Source: Isurus oxyrinchus
Lineage: Eukaryota
NCBI GenBank assembly: GCA_026770705.1
Contig: JANJGN010000041.1
Span: 4,650,001-4,714,000 of the forward strand
Length of the DNA stretch: 64,000 nt
Reading direction: 5' to 3'
The first letter of the stretch is position 1. Each line of letters starts with the position of its first letter. Shown piece by piece: positions 38,800 through 51,090 of this stretch. The notes beneath the pieces were generated by a model. The model saw only the letters and a list, made by a program, of their open reading frames with translations, had not been told where the DNA came from and did no database searches. The position numbers and the translations under genes were made by a program.

Positions 38800-39380
38800 T
38801 GGCCTCAAACATTTTTACCCTGCATTGCCTTCTCTCTCAGCTGCTTTCCAGGTTTCCCCTTGAAGAGTTTTATAAAGTTCACTTGAACCAGCCCATCACG
38901 TAGCAAGTTCACATTCTCACGATTCTCTGGACATGAGGTCTCTCCTGAATTCCCTTTTGGATAACTTGCTGATTGTTGGACATTGATGACCATTTAGTTG
39001 TGTCCCTCCCCACAAGTGGAAATATTCTGTATGTATCCAATCACTCAAAACGTGTGCATTTTAAACACCCCTATTGTACCATCGTGGAGACTTGTTTGCA
39101 CTTTTCCAGAGAGAAGAGCAACAGCCTAAAAGCTCCTCTTGATATGTATACCCGCACATTCCTGGCATCATCCTTATCAATCCTCTCTGCGCGAGTGTCT
39201 CTATATTGCTTTTATAACCACGCATGTTGACCATGCGCTACTGTCTAACCTTGGTCAACAAATGTTTTAATCAGGTTCAACACATCCTTCCGATTTTTCT
39301 ATTCTATCGCCTAAAACATGATGCCTTTGGTTTGGAATTTTTCAATTCCCTGTAAACATATAGGTCAACTTGTAGTGATT
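38800..39380 (-). mobile_element. CR1 3' fragment
   Basis: Reverse CR1 3' features (FIKLFKGKPGKQLREKAMQG; gtccctccccacaagtggaaa; tccagagagaagagcaacagcc). Confidence 0.55.
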
Positions 39381-40899
39381 GATGGATTTTTACTCTCAAC
39401 TCGCTGTTTACATCTACACCTTCGAGAGGGAAGAGGAAAGAAGATGTGCTTCGTTTCCTTGTGTCACTGTGATCAGTTCTGGTCAGCAGGGACATTTAAG
39501 GGTATATGTGTTGAACGAGGGACCAGTAGTGAAAGGGGTGCTGCAGGGCAGCAGTTCGGCATGTGAATAGGAACACATGTACAAGCCAATTCCCTTAGCT
39601 GGTGAGGCAGGTTTCATGGCCCTTTCCTGTAGGCGATGTGGAAGCTTGAACTGAAGCGCCAGTTGAGCCCTCATTTAGTGGCAGGCGACATATTCTTGAA
39701 AAGCATTTAATCCAGCTCCTCAAAGTGACATCACTTAAAATAGCGATTGTTTGTGCTGCTATGCAATTTTGGGCGACTTTTAGAATTGTAATGGATGACA
39801 TTAGTGGAGACTGTGTAAGTCCACAATAATTAAAATGCTATTATTTGTTGTTTCTGTAAAGGGTCCCACACTGAAGTGATGGGTTTGCATTTGGAGAGGT
39901 TTCTAAAGTTTATGGGCTAAAATTGGAGTGATGGTGTTCAGCCCATATCAGACAACTGTCACGTGCACGGAGGAACATGCTTGCAGTCCGAAATAGATTC
40001 CTCCTGTTCCAATCAATATCGATCTACGGTGGCTGCTTTGAAATATGCTCACCTCCATTATGTTCAGTTCTAATGAAGAGTATCTGTGCACCAGTTATAT
40101 CATTGTGACTCTGAGGTGCCCAAGATAAAATGTGGAAAGCTTTGTTCTTGGTTCCTGGATTTCTGGTGCTCTGCTAGCACAGATGCTGTTTAATTGAACT
40201 GAGAAACTATTATGTAGTTAGTAATTACATACACCCAATGAAGATTTTCTCCACTTTGAGCATGATAAAGAGGCAGTCACCAAAGACAGGTACTTGTAAA
40301 CCAACAAAAGGACGATATGTGTAATGAGTGAACAGGTGAAGGTTTAAAATAATTGCTAACGATTTATTAGATAACAGCCAATCTGCAGAGAAGAGGGTCT
40401 TTTAGCCCATTGAGCATCTCCTGGATCTTTGAAAATACTGCTGAATACTACCCACTCAATCACTTCACTTTCCCATTGCTCTGTCGTCGTTTTAATTTCC
40501 GTTCAGATACCTCCGCAATGCCTAATTGGTGATACAACATTGCACCTTCCTCCATTACCCTTTCAGGAATCACCTTACAGGTCACATGGACAGGTTGTGC
40601 AGAAATACTTTTCCCACATCTTCCATTGGGTAATCTGCCAATTACCTTCAATGCGTTTCACGTGATCATCGCAAATCTCACACTGATTGTCACTATTGGA
40701 AGAAACACAGATATCTCCGTTGGGGCCATTATTGATCATATGGCAAGCAGCAGCGAAACAGATACCTGGTTATTAACTGGCTGATGAGTTTTGATGCTTG
40801 AAACATTAACGACAGTAACTCATTATATGTTCAGAGCTCTGGGACAGCACAAAGACGGCAATGGCCTACAGGAATTTACACATTTCACACGTTCATTTT

Positions 40900-41990
40900 C
40901 TGCATGTTCCCTCATCTCCCTCTCTCTCTCTCTCTGTTTGGCTCTCTGTGTGTGACGCTGTCCTTTTCTCTCCCTATCCCCTTCTTGCTCAGAGTCTCTT
41001 CCTCTCTACTACCTCTCCCTGTCACTCTCTCGATCTGCATCTCCCTCTCTGCGCTCTCTCCCTCTTCCTTCACTCACTCTCCAGCTCTCATTTTTTCGAT
41101 GATTCTCTTTTCCTCTGTCTCGCTCCTTTCGTGTTCCACCATTTATTTTATTCTTCTTGCTTCATCTTATTCCCCATCTTGCTTTCACGCTGTATCTCAG
41201 TCTCTCTCTTCACTTATAATTCACTTAGCCAGGATAGGTATATATTTCTAATTTTAGCACTTTTTCTTTTTGATGCATATTTGCCTCTTAAACGGAACTG
41301 CGCTGTCAAGAGTCGCTATGCTCCCTGGCAGCGTTCAGCAAGGTCCGCGGAATGAGTTGCCCCTGAATATGAAGCAGCTTTTCACACTGCCCCTGATGGG
41401 TAAAACACAAACTGCAAATACTATCATGTACCATCATTTTAATGTGGTAATTATATTCAATTCTATGAGCGGAATAAATATACACTGATAAGTATACGTA
41501 CTCAAATCTGTGACAATTTTAACGAGGCTATGAAAGTTTTATCATTCAAGGGACGTGAGTGACGCTGATTCGGCCATTACATTTTATTCTGCATCTCTAT
41601 TTAACCTTGAGAACCTGTTGGTCAACTGCCTTCCGGAACACTGCAGTACAACAGCCGTGAAGTTTAGGAATTTGCCGTCATGGGCCTGTAAAACGTCCGT
41701 GGTGGAATTTCCTGGCTCTGTTTTCAGCAACAGAAACAGTTTTCTTCATCGGGCCACTTTCTCTGTAAATAGGCCCAAAGAGTTTTTCACAATTATATGA
41801 GTTCACGCAGAGATACAGCCCCCTCCACACTTCTAGCCCCTATGTAAACTCTCATCCTCCACCAAACCGCAAAGAATCCAGTTTTCTCCCCCACACTGGT
41901 GCCTCTTGTCTTACCGAAATTGTTCCCCATTTCTTTTCCAACCCGCAGTGCTATTTATTTCCGCTTCCCAGAGCCTCGATCACACTAATC
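40900..41990 (+). repeat. ~1-kb dispersed repeat copy 2 (inverted paralog of 13900-14880)
   Basis: Same ordered motifs as copy 1: a CT-rich 5' part, then a conserved core containing ctgaatatgaagca. Confidence 0.8.
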
Positions 41991-42230
41991 TCACACTGTC
42001 TTAAGGTTGCATGGGCAAGGTGAACCGAATGGCCTGTTGTGCCGAAATCACTGCCAACATCCCTATTTCAATGCACCCCAATGTGGGCTTTAGCTGGAGT
42101 CTAACGTGGGGAGGGTAAAATTTTGAAGGTGTCAGAATGCATTGTGTCTACAAGACTTTGCATGTTCACTGGTTGAATTTTGTTTACCATGGATATTTGG
42201 AGCACTTTGCCAATCTGTTAAATATTTGCT

Positions 42231-42580
42231 TGTAACACAGATCTGACCAGTTTAGGCAGTTGCCATTCTGTCTGATTTTATTGAACAAGGTGTGAGGATC
42301 TGGAATTAATGAACCAGCCCAGGATAGGATCCAGCTGCTCAAGGCCCGTGTGTGTGGACATTACTTGGACCGCCCACTCCTGTGTCTCCTAATTTCGCTC
42401 ATTCCAATCGGTAAACACCGCAGGCTGGGGCCGTGCTAACTTTGACCAATGGGCGACAGGAGGCTCAGGTACAGGTCACGATCGTTTATTCGAGCAATTG
42501 CTAGGAGAGGACCATCTCAAGGCATCATGAGATAGCACGTGGACCAACTGCAAGCATGCAGCATAATTTACATATTACTG
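42231..42580 (-). mobile_element. Putative 3' LTR of the env-bearing element
   Basis: On the minus strand it starts TGTAA (42572; alternative start ~42579) and ends GTTACA (42231). It has two CCAAT boxes, a GGGCGG box and AATAAA (42277-42282) about 45 bp before the end, and lies downstream of the env relic in the same orientation. Confidence 0.6.
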
Positions 42581-43039
42581 ATCCTGTGAAAAAAAAATTC
42601 AAATCCAATGCTTGTCAGAATATATGTTATATCATGCATGCTCTTTCACCCCGTCAGAGACCTCTCCCCCTATCCTGGCTGGGACCATCTGTCCTTTCCT
42701 AATCGTTTGAAAAGAGCATTTGGTATATGTTGTTGTCATCCTCTGTTTCCAAAAAAGGCTCCCAAAGCCTTTCTGTTGTTTGCAGGCTCTAAAGCTGTGC
42801 AAGGTTCATCTGGTAACTTTAACTGTTAATGTGCTTGATAGTACTGGCTGCATGGTGATTTTGAGGAATTCATTCCCTTTCAATTCATTTTCGCTGCATT
42901 TCCCCTAATAATCCCTGCTTTCGGATCTGCACCTCGCCCAGGTTTTCCAAAATCACTTGTACTGTCCGTCCCTTTATGTACCGCAACCCATTGATACTGG
43001 CCTGACATCCACCTTTGCATGTAAAACGGCACTGGTCAG

Positions 43040-44385
43040 ATCGGCTGTATCATCTGGCCCTTCACCTGAGGCCACGGAATTGCTAAACCTCTTCTCCACC
43101 TGTTTATACTCCCCAGCTCCTCTTTTGTAACACTTTAGTCATGATGAATCACGTATGTTAAATATATAACTGGAATCAGCTGAGACAGAAGCAGGGCATG
43201 GGAAATAATCCGAATCCACAGGTGCATTTACACATTGGAGTCCCAATTCTACCGTCAACACGAGGAGGAATCTATCTGCTCAATAAACTCTTTTGAGGAT
43301 CTAAACTGATGCTGCAGTTTACAGTAAGTTCTGTAGAACTGCTGAGCTTGTCTCCGAATCGGTGTTGGTGCTGTGCTATTTATTGGAATTTTATACGAGA
43401 ACTGATTCAAATACCGTGTCTGGTTACGGTTAAGGCTTTGCATGACCTGAGAAGGAGTCGTTACTCGCTTGTATATTTCGATCAATTGTACCTTTCCCAC
43501 GCTTGCTGGCTCCTGCAGGTATTGGTACGCCAATTCATTTTGTATGGGGCACATCCTCGTGCTCCCATACTGGATCATTTGCTGCCACATGGTGATACAA
43601 TATCTCCTTTTCCACATGTATGCAACATGGATCGATTCTTTTGCATCCCATATAGTTTCAACTGTACAATTTTCAGTTGCTTTAAATCCACAATTTGCTT
43701 CCTCCATCTCAAATATGTATGTGTGCATAATAAAGCAGTGCTCTCGATATCACACTCTTGTAATGTTGTGCTAACTATATTAGCTTCTATGTCTACTGTC
43801 TATGGCAGAATGTCATGGTATCTAACATAACAGATTCCCCACATCACTCCAATATTTTCTGCTCAGTAAAACCTTCTGCCTGGTGTTGACTTAGATATAA
43901 CAGGCATTGTCTTATTGATATAAGACAATGCCTGTTAGCACATTATTATTGACCAAACATTCAACATTCATTCTATAAACACGTGTTAGACCTCTGAGCT
44001 GGCAACCTGTCAAGTCATGATCTTTATTTCGTGAAAGATTAAATATATGTTCATTAGTTACGCATAAAGTAACTACCTCTTCATTAATCTGTTTTAAATT
44101 CTCTCGGGCTTGTTCCAGTGTCCAGGGTCCATAGGTGCTGCAGACAATGTTCTGCGTGCTTCACCTGAACTATGTTTTCCTATCCAGATCAGTTTATTGA
44201 TATTCCCCGCATTCCCCTTCCAGCATCGTAGCTAGGCTATGAATTAACTGTATCATGACATGACCTGTATTAAACTGGGTGTTTTGAATTCACTGTCCCC
44301 ATTTAAAATTTCCATAAGCATGGAGGTCAAAGACTGGTCATTCTGGTCGACAGTTTACAGGTCAGTAGAGTTAACCCTGATTCTT
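43040..44385 (-). mobile_element. Decayed envelope gene of an endogenous LTR element, paramyxo/pneumovirus-F-like (lokiretrovirus-type) class I fusogen
   Basis: Joined frames: VNSTDL*TVDQNDQSLTSMLMEIL..IQLIHSLATMLE..VCSTYGPWTLEQARENLKQINEE..GCQLRGLTRVY..LTGIVL/TMPVI..Y*AENIGV..VRYHDILP..LQECDIESTALLC..NCGFKATENCTVE..VAY..RYCIT..CPIQN..QAQQFYRTYCKLQHQFRSSKEFIEQI, then a Trp-derived stop cluster and hydrophobic LWIRIISHALLLSQLIPVIYLTYVI. Confidence 0.65.
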
Positions 44386-44389
44386 TTGC

Positions 44390-45960
44390 AATGAAGCATT
44401 CTGAAATTTCTCCCCATTTAAATAAAAAGTCGCCTTTTTATTCTTCCGAAGAAAATGTATAACCTCACAATTATCCATGTTAAACAATATCTAGCAAATT
44501 TTCTCCCATTCTCCTAACCTGTACATATCCATTTATAAATATTTATATCTTAATTACAACTTACTTTCACACCTATGTTGGTTTCAGCTGCAATTTTGGA
44601 TACAGTGCCTTCTATCCCTGAATCCAAGTCATTCATAAAGATTGTAAAAAATTTTCCCCAATGACCGAACCCTGTGGAAACACATTATTTACAGCTTAAA
44701 AAAAAACAGAATTACCTGGAAAAACTCAGCAGGTCTGGCAGCATCGGCGGAGAAGAAAAGAGTTGACGTTTCGAGTCTTCATGACCCTTCGACAGAATTC
44801 TGTCGAAGGGTCATGAAGACTCGAAACGTCAACTCTTTTCTTCTCCGCCGATGCTGCCAGACCTGCTGAGTTTTTCCAGGTAATTCTGTTTTTGTTTTGG
44901 ATTTCCAGCATCCGCAGTTTTGTTTTGTCTTTATTTACAGCTTGTCATCCAAAAAAGACTCATTTATCCAGACCCTGTGCTTTCTGTTAGTTAGCCAATC
45001 CTCCATCAAAGCTAACATATTACCCATCACTCCGTGTGATCTTACCTTGTGTATTAATCTTTTGTGCGGCTCCTTATCAAAGAGCTTCTGGAAGTCCAGA
45101 AATACAACATCCACAGGATCTCCATTATCCACTTTGTTTGTCACATCTTCACAAATTACCCAAACATGGTTTATTCTTCATAAAACAATGCTGACTCTGC
45201 TGGATTGTATTTTCACTTTACAAATGCCCCATTAGTAATTCCTCAATAATGGATTGCAAGAATTTCTCAAAGACTGACTTTAAACTGGTCCACAGTGTTC
45301 TACTTTCTGCCTGCCCCAAACTTTCTCAATAAGGAAGTCGTATTAGTATTATTCAAATCCACTGTAACTTTTTCCGGAATCCAGGGAATTTTGGAATATA
45401 ATTACAACTGCATCCACTACCTACGCTGCCACATCGTTTAGGACCCTTGGATGTAGGACAACCGGCCATGCAGACTTCTCACATTTTGATCGAAATAGGT
45501 TGCTCAGTACCTTTTCTCTAGTTTTGGTAATTTTTCTCACTGTGCTCTACATGTTACGATTAGGGTGGCACTAGTTTCCTCCACCGTCAAAATTGAGGCA
45601 AAATATTTAGGCAAAAAATAAAGTCGCATTTCTGTGTTCACCACTGTTAACTCCCCAGTCCTGCACTCCATGGGACCAACATTCAATTGAACTACTCTAT
45701 GTCCTTTTATATACTTGTAGAAGCATTTGATATCAGTTTTTACATTTAATGATATTTTTCCTTTGGTCTTTATGATTTTTAGTAACCCTATCTTCATCTT
45801 TATATTGTTCCCAATCTTCCAGCTTGTCACTGACCTTTGCCATTTGGTATGCCTTAGTTTTGGATTTTCTGTCACCTTTAACTTCATTGTTTAGCCATAG
45901 ATGATTTTTCCCCCTCTTACCATCTTTCTTCTTCATTGGAAAGATTGTTTTCTTTAGTTT
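44390..45960 (-). mobile_element. CR1 LINE ORF2 (RT) fragment truncating the env relic
   Basis: TNKVDNGDPVDVVFLDFQKLFDKEPHKRLIHKVRSHGVMGNMLALMEDWLTNRKHRVWINESF and NVKTDIKCFYKYIK..NVGPM. Confidence 0.9.
44698..44930. mobile_element. Penelope pLTR-derived palindromic insertion (two perfect 96-bp arms, 44702-44893) with 13-bp TSD
   Basis: Centre GACAGAA|TTCTGTC at 44797/44798, arms exactly complementary. TTATTTACAGCTT occurs at 44685-44697 and 44931-44943. Confidence 0.92.
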
Positions 45961-46504
45961 TGCGATTGTAATGCGGCATTGTTGATAATGGTATTTGGAG
46001 ACATTTATGTGACTGAATGTGTTGTCCAAGTCGATTATCAGTTTGCACATTTAATGCAGCAAAGAGCTGAGGGTTTTAAGCCAGGTCGAGGGAAAATGTA
46101 CCCTTGGCTCCAGGTCTGGCCAATCAGTTTTGACTTATTTTTCCAGTTTTTCTGCTCTTCCCGGTAAATTAGTGATGCTTTTGTTCCTGTTGCGAGGAAA
46201 GTGTTATCTTTCAAATTGTATTATTTGTTCCCCGAAGCAAATGGCAGCGAGCGAGTTCCTGGACGTCATATCTGACCCGATGTTAAGGGGATTTGCAAGT
46301 GAAATTTCCAAGTTTATTCGTCTGAAATACATGTGTACGTAAATTCAATGCGTTTCTATGTTTGTTTTTAATTCACAATGACATCTTTCTGCTTCACAGT
46401 GGCCTTTATCAATGATCCAACAGCAGATAGTTGTTGCAAGATGCACTTTTATTACAGCCCTTCATGTTCAAATCTTTCTATCTATCCATCCAGCCATTAT
46501 GTAA

Positions 46505-46798
46505 CTAAAACTTAAACATAAATACCTGGAAAAATTCTGCAAATCAGAGAGCATCAGTGGAGAGGAAGACAATTAAAGTTTCGAGTCCGTATGACAGTGA
46601 TCACTGGCCTTAGATCCAGCTGTACCTGGCCCAAACCCCTCACTTAGAACACCTTATATTTCACCTCCTTTCTATTTTTCCATAGTTCTGTTAAAGGGTG
46701 AATGAGCTCGCAACGTTAACTGTCTTTCTCTCTGCAGATGCTCTCAGACCTGCTGAGATTCTCCAGATATTTTTGCTTTTCTTTTGTATGTCCAGCAT
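46505..46798 (+). mobile_element. Older Penelope 3' end with inverted pLTR copy at its 5' side
   Basis: 46505-46597 resembles the reverse pLTR (cctggaaaaattctgc..gtttcgagtccgtatgac). 46598-46798 is the forward 3' end (agttctgttaaagggtg..cgcaacgttaactg..cagacctgctgag) and runs into the gap. Confidence 0.75.
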
Positions 46799-47347
46799 NN
46801 NNNNNNNNNNNNNNNNNNNNNNNNNNNNNNNNNNNNNNNNNNNNNNNNNNNNNNNNNNNNNNNNNNNNNNNNNNNNNNNNNNNNNNNNNNNNNNNNNNNN
46901 NNNNNNNNNNNNNNNNNNNNNNNNNNNNNNNNNNNNNNNNNNNNNNNNNNNNNNNNNNNNNNNNNNNNNNNNNNNNNNNNNNNNNNNNNNNNNNNNNNNN
47001 NNNNNNNNNNNNNNNNNNNNNNNNNNNNNNNNNNNNNNNNNNNNNNNNNNNNNNNNNNNNNNNNNNNNNNNNNNNNNNNNNNNNNNNNNNNNNNNNNNNN
47101 NNNNNNNNNNNNNNNNNNNNNNNNNNNNNNNNNNNNNNNNNNNNNNNNNNNNNNNNNNNNNNNNNNNNNNNNNNNNNNNNNNNNNNNNNNNNNNNNNNNN
47201 NNNNNNNNNNNNNNNNNNNNNNNNNNNNNNNNNNNNNNNNNNNNNNNNNNNNNNNNNNNNNNNNNNNNNNNNNNNNNNNNNNNNNNNNNNNNNNNNNNNN
47301 NNNNNNNNNNNNNNNNNNNNNNNNNNNNNNNNNNNNNNNNNNNNNNN
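46799..47347. other. Assembly gap (549 N)
   Basis: Run of n; ORFs spanning it are artefacts. Confidence 1.
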
Positions 47348-50300
47348 TCTCTTGCTCTTTCAGTCATTCGCTCCATTTGTCACGAGCAAATTTGTCTCTT
47401 GTGTACATCACTCTCTTCAAATCAATCTATCATTTGAATGCCTGTCTATCTGTGCATCTATGTGTCTGTCTAACTGCCTGTCGGTCTGTCTAACTATCTT
47501 GATCATTATTTCTCCTGGCAATTCGACATGAGAGTGTACGGCAAAATATATATATATATTGTGAGTGTGATATCACGTGTGAGATTCGATCACGTCTATA
47601 CTTTCACAATCGATTGCCAAATTCTGCAAAAATCTCTGTTCAGGCAGAATAGATTAAAATTGCCCGCGCTTCCTTGACATTAGGTTTCTTGACTCTGTTC
47701 TCCACAAATTCTGAAATCACTGGATGATTCCTCGATTTGGTTATGCAGAAGGTTTGTTATTTTGTTCACAATCATGTTGTCAAACGTATCCTTTCACGTG
47801 GCGGGAATGTGGTTATATGGGCCACAAGTAATTGATCGATCCAAATTGCCCGTGATAAGGTGGAGGTGCATTACATTCCTGAAATTGTTTCTTTCATCTG
47901 ATTGACGTCAGTAGCATTCCCTCAGTACCTAGAATGAAGTCAGTCAGGCTCAGTGTGAATTCAGATGACTGAGGACTCCAATTCTGGACCTACATGTGCT
48001 TCCACCGTGGGACACATTTTTTTTACACTAACGAGTGCCCAGGTTGGTCCAATTCTCCTTGCCAGGCCTCAGCCCTTCCACCACTCTTTTGAGTCACGAA
48101 GCTGTGAAGCGTTTTTTGATTTGATGGACCGCGTTGTGCCATGCTGAGAGACTGGCAGCATTCTCCTGCCACTCACTGCTGTTAATGACTCCGTGCTTTA
48201 GGGAAACCTGGAGAGTAGCCATACAAATTTCTCCTTGGCAACCCCTTGGACGAGGACTGCTAAGTGGCAGATGCAGTTATGGACAGGCAACCCTTTCCTG
48301 ACAAATGTGCCCGACGACCGTCATATATCTGCCACATTTGTGCACGAATTTCACTGGAGTCCAATACAGCTTTGCCCCGGTCCCCACTCCTACATCCCCA
48401 ATTCTACATCGCCTGAAGCCAGCCTGTGAACCCCATATTAGAGCACCAGGTTTGCAGTGCGCTGGGTGTAGGCTTCATATGGCACAGCCACACCACGTTG
48501 CTTTTAGCAAGGTGGTATCAGGACCTCATGTACTGGGAACCAGATTGGCCTTGAGATTTCAGGCATTCTTTAGTGGAGCTTCCTGTGCTCACCAAGTGTG
48601 GCATTTTGGTACATAGGCATATTCCACATGAACTGCAAGACCTACCCAGGGAACCGGGCCTCTAATGAACATATTTCCGAAAGCAGGCATGCAGCACTTT
48701 GCAAGATTATCGGTTTTGCGGATTTTGCCCTGCCTACAACAGTTGGAAATGGTTCACCGGCAGTGAGGGTGGAAATTTTCATTGGCTTTCTATGAGGCTG
48801 AAAGAATATGCAAGTCCTGCACTGACATCAAAGTGAATTAAAGCAAACTGCTTGGCAGGCCTTGATCTACCATCTGAGGATTTGCAGAACTCAGTGAGTG
48901 AAGCCTGTCATGTGCCGAACTTGTTTTTGTCAGGCGGTATTTAATTTGCCCATCCAGTTAGTGGCCTTGGAGTGCATGCTGCCCAATTATCAAAACTTCC
49001 GCAATGAACAGAGGGGTGCGTTATTCAAAGGGGCTCTGGTATCTTGGAGCACATGACCAGCAACGGTTTTTAACAGCATCTCTATCCTCAGTTATATTGT
49101 CAATTGAAAACATTCTGAGTTTGCAGCAAAGCGCTCGCACGCAGCTGACTTCCTCCGTGTACTGACATATGAAAGGCCATTGGTCCGTGAATACGACTTC
49201 CCTCTGTAGCTACCCAGTAGCATCTCTGCAAGGTTTTATACTTGGCTCTTTGAAAAGGCTGCCAGTGGTCCTGAAATGAATGTGTAATCCTGTGTCAAGC
49301 TCTTTGACCGCATTCTTAGACAAACATCGACAAATATATGACAAACAGAGCTGGAGATATTAAACAGCCTTAAATGGTGCCACAAGTGGCATGAAATGGG
49401 TTCACACTGAGGAACCACTTGTGCATCGCTCTGATTATGAGGCCATCGTCATGAAGTGAATGACACTGATCATCTGCTCAGGGCTGTTGCATATTCATGG
49501 CTGAGTTGGATGCTTTACTGACCAATAAGGGAGACTAGGATCATGAGGATGTATGTGTGTGCTGTGAGGGAGGTGACTGAGCGGGCCAGCGGAAGTTGCT
49601 GGTTGGGGGAGAGCAGGCAGGATAGCGGGGCTGAGGCCACGTTCGGATAAACCATGAATTTTCCGATGTGCAGAACAGGCTCAATGAGCTGACATTTAAC
49701 TATTCTGTTTTAGGGGTTTGTTGAAATGCAGCCCACACCAAAACAGCAGGCGCCATTGATTGGGTTTCATTGTAATCAGAGTTTCCATCTGTCTAAATAA
49801 TACATTTCAGGGCGAGGCGATTTCAGTGCGGAATGCCTTCCCAGCGATGTGCTATATATATCCCATTATTTTATTCAAAACATTGTTTTTCATTCACTTC
49901 AAGCATCACTCTGGATGGAGTATGTGTGTGGGAGGATTGGATGGCACGGGGAAGCGTTACTGAGGCTGGATAGGGCTGGATTGTCTTGAACGCATTATGT
50001 TGAAATATTTCGGTTGGGAATACAAAAGCCTTCTCCATACACTTTCTATTGCACATCAGGTCACCACCAATACCAACCTCCCAGGCCCTACGGTTGTGTT
50101 TATAATTTCCAGTCATAATGGTGTAGATTAATGTGCAACGAAAGCGAATGCCAGTCAAGTCACCGACCAAAGTGTCAGTGCCACAGGAATCCACAAAGCG
50201 ATTTGGGCAGTGTATGAGTTCCATCTGGAAGCTTAAATGTCAAGGACAAACATCACACATGTGCCCCGTTGGAACATGGAATGTGTCCCGAAACACATGA

Positions 50301-50819
50301 CAGTGGTGGACATCTGAAATTTCCCCCATTACCTCTGCTGGCAAATCAGGCCAATTGAGTTTCTTAAAATTATTTTGATCTAAATTAGTAACGATTTGAT
50401 TCCCAACATCGCTATTCAGGTCAATCACTTCCCGCCGTGACTGTCCAATACGGCTCGTTAAAATATAACCCCTTCAGATTTTTGACCGCACACATCATTC
50501 CAAAGTTCGACTTTTCACTTCGATAAGGTTCCTTTCAGAAGGAGAGTGACTGACGTAACCTGTTTGTTCAATGACTGAAATTAATTAATTTCTTTAGGGG
50601 ACATGAATGTGCTCATGGGGATTTATCTGCTGTCTACATAACTGTTTCTCTGAATGTCACATTTCTTGTTTCGCAAAAGGTTCAGTGCATCTGTTTCGAC
50701 AGGAGTTAGCTCTTCTAACAGTGGGTATAATTTATTGTACTTCTTCAGATACCAGGGCCATTTAGAGACACATTCTCGAAGCTCTCGTTTTCCGACTAAC
50801 AATGTAAATTTCTGTCTTT

Positions 50820-51090
50820 ATTTCCATTCATGGATGAGGGCAGCACTGGCAAGGTCAGCATTTATTGCCCATCTCTAATTCCACTTGTGAAGCAGGTGGT
50901 GAGCTGCTGCGGTCCTTGTGCTGTAGTTACATCCACGGTATTAGTAATTTGACACAGGGACAGTGAAGGAACGGCGACATTTTTACCAAATCTGGACGAT
51001 GAGTGGCTTGTAGAGGAACATTCAGCGAGTGGCTTTCCCATGTTCATGTTGCCTTTGTCTTTCCACATCGTAGCGGTCGTGGTTTTGATT
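50820..51090 (-). mobile_element. 3' tail fragment of the same LINE family as 35190-36520
   Basis: ccattcatggatgagggcagcactggcaaggtcagcatttattgcccatctctaatt..gacagtgaaggaacggcgac. Confidence 0.7.

Noticed and set aside
40861-41355. Hydrophobic Leu/Ser/Phe-rich ORFs (also the C-terminal part of 14535-15050 and 19959-20869)
   Set aside because: Products of CT-rich low-complexity sequence, not membrane proteins.
42360-42460. CCAAT/GC-box cluster as a host gene promoter
   Set aside because: Better explained as the U3 region of the putative LTR next to the env relic.
43309-43830. 173-aa plus-strand ORF
   Set aside because: Antisense shadow of the minus-strand env relic; no motif of its own.
46698-47531. 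210-277 aa ORFs
   Set aside because: They span the N gap.
48150-49450. Higher-GC stretch that looked like decayed coding sequence
   Set aside because: Stop density in the frames I translated is about random and no motif was recognisable; left unannotated.
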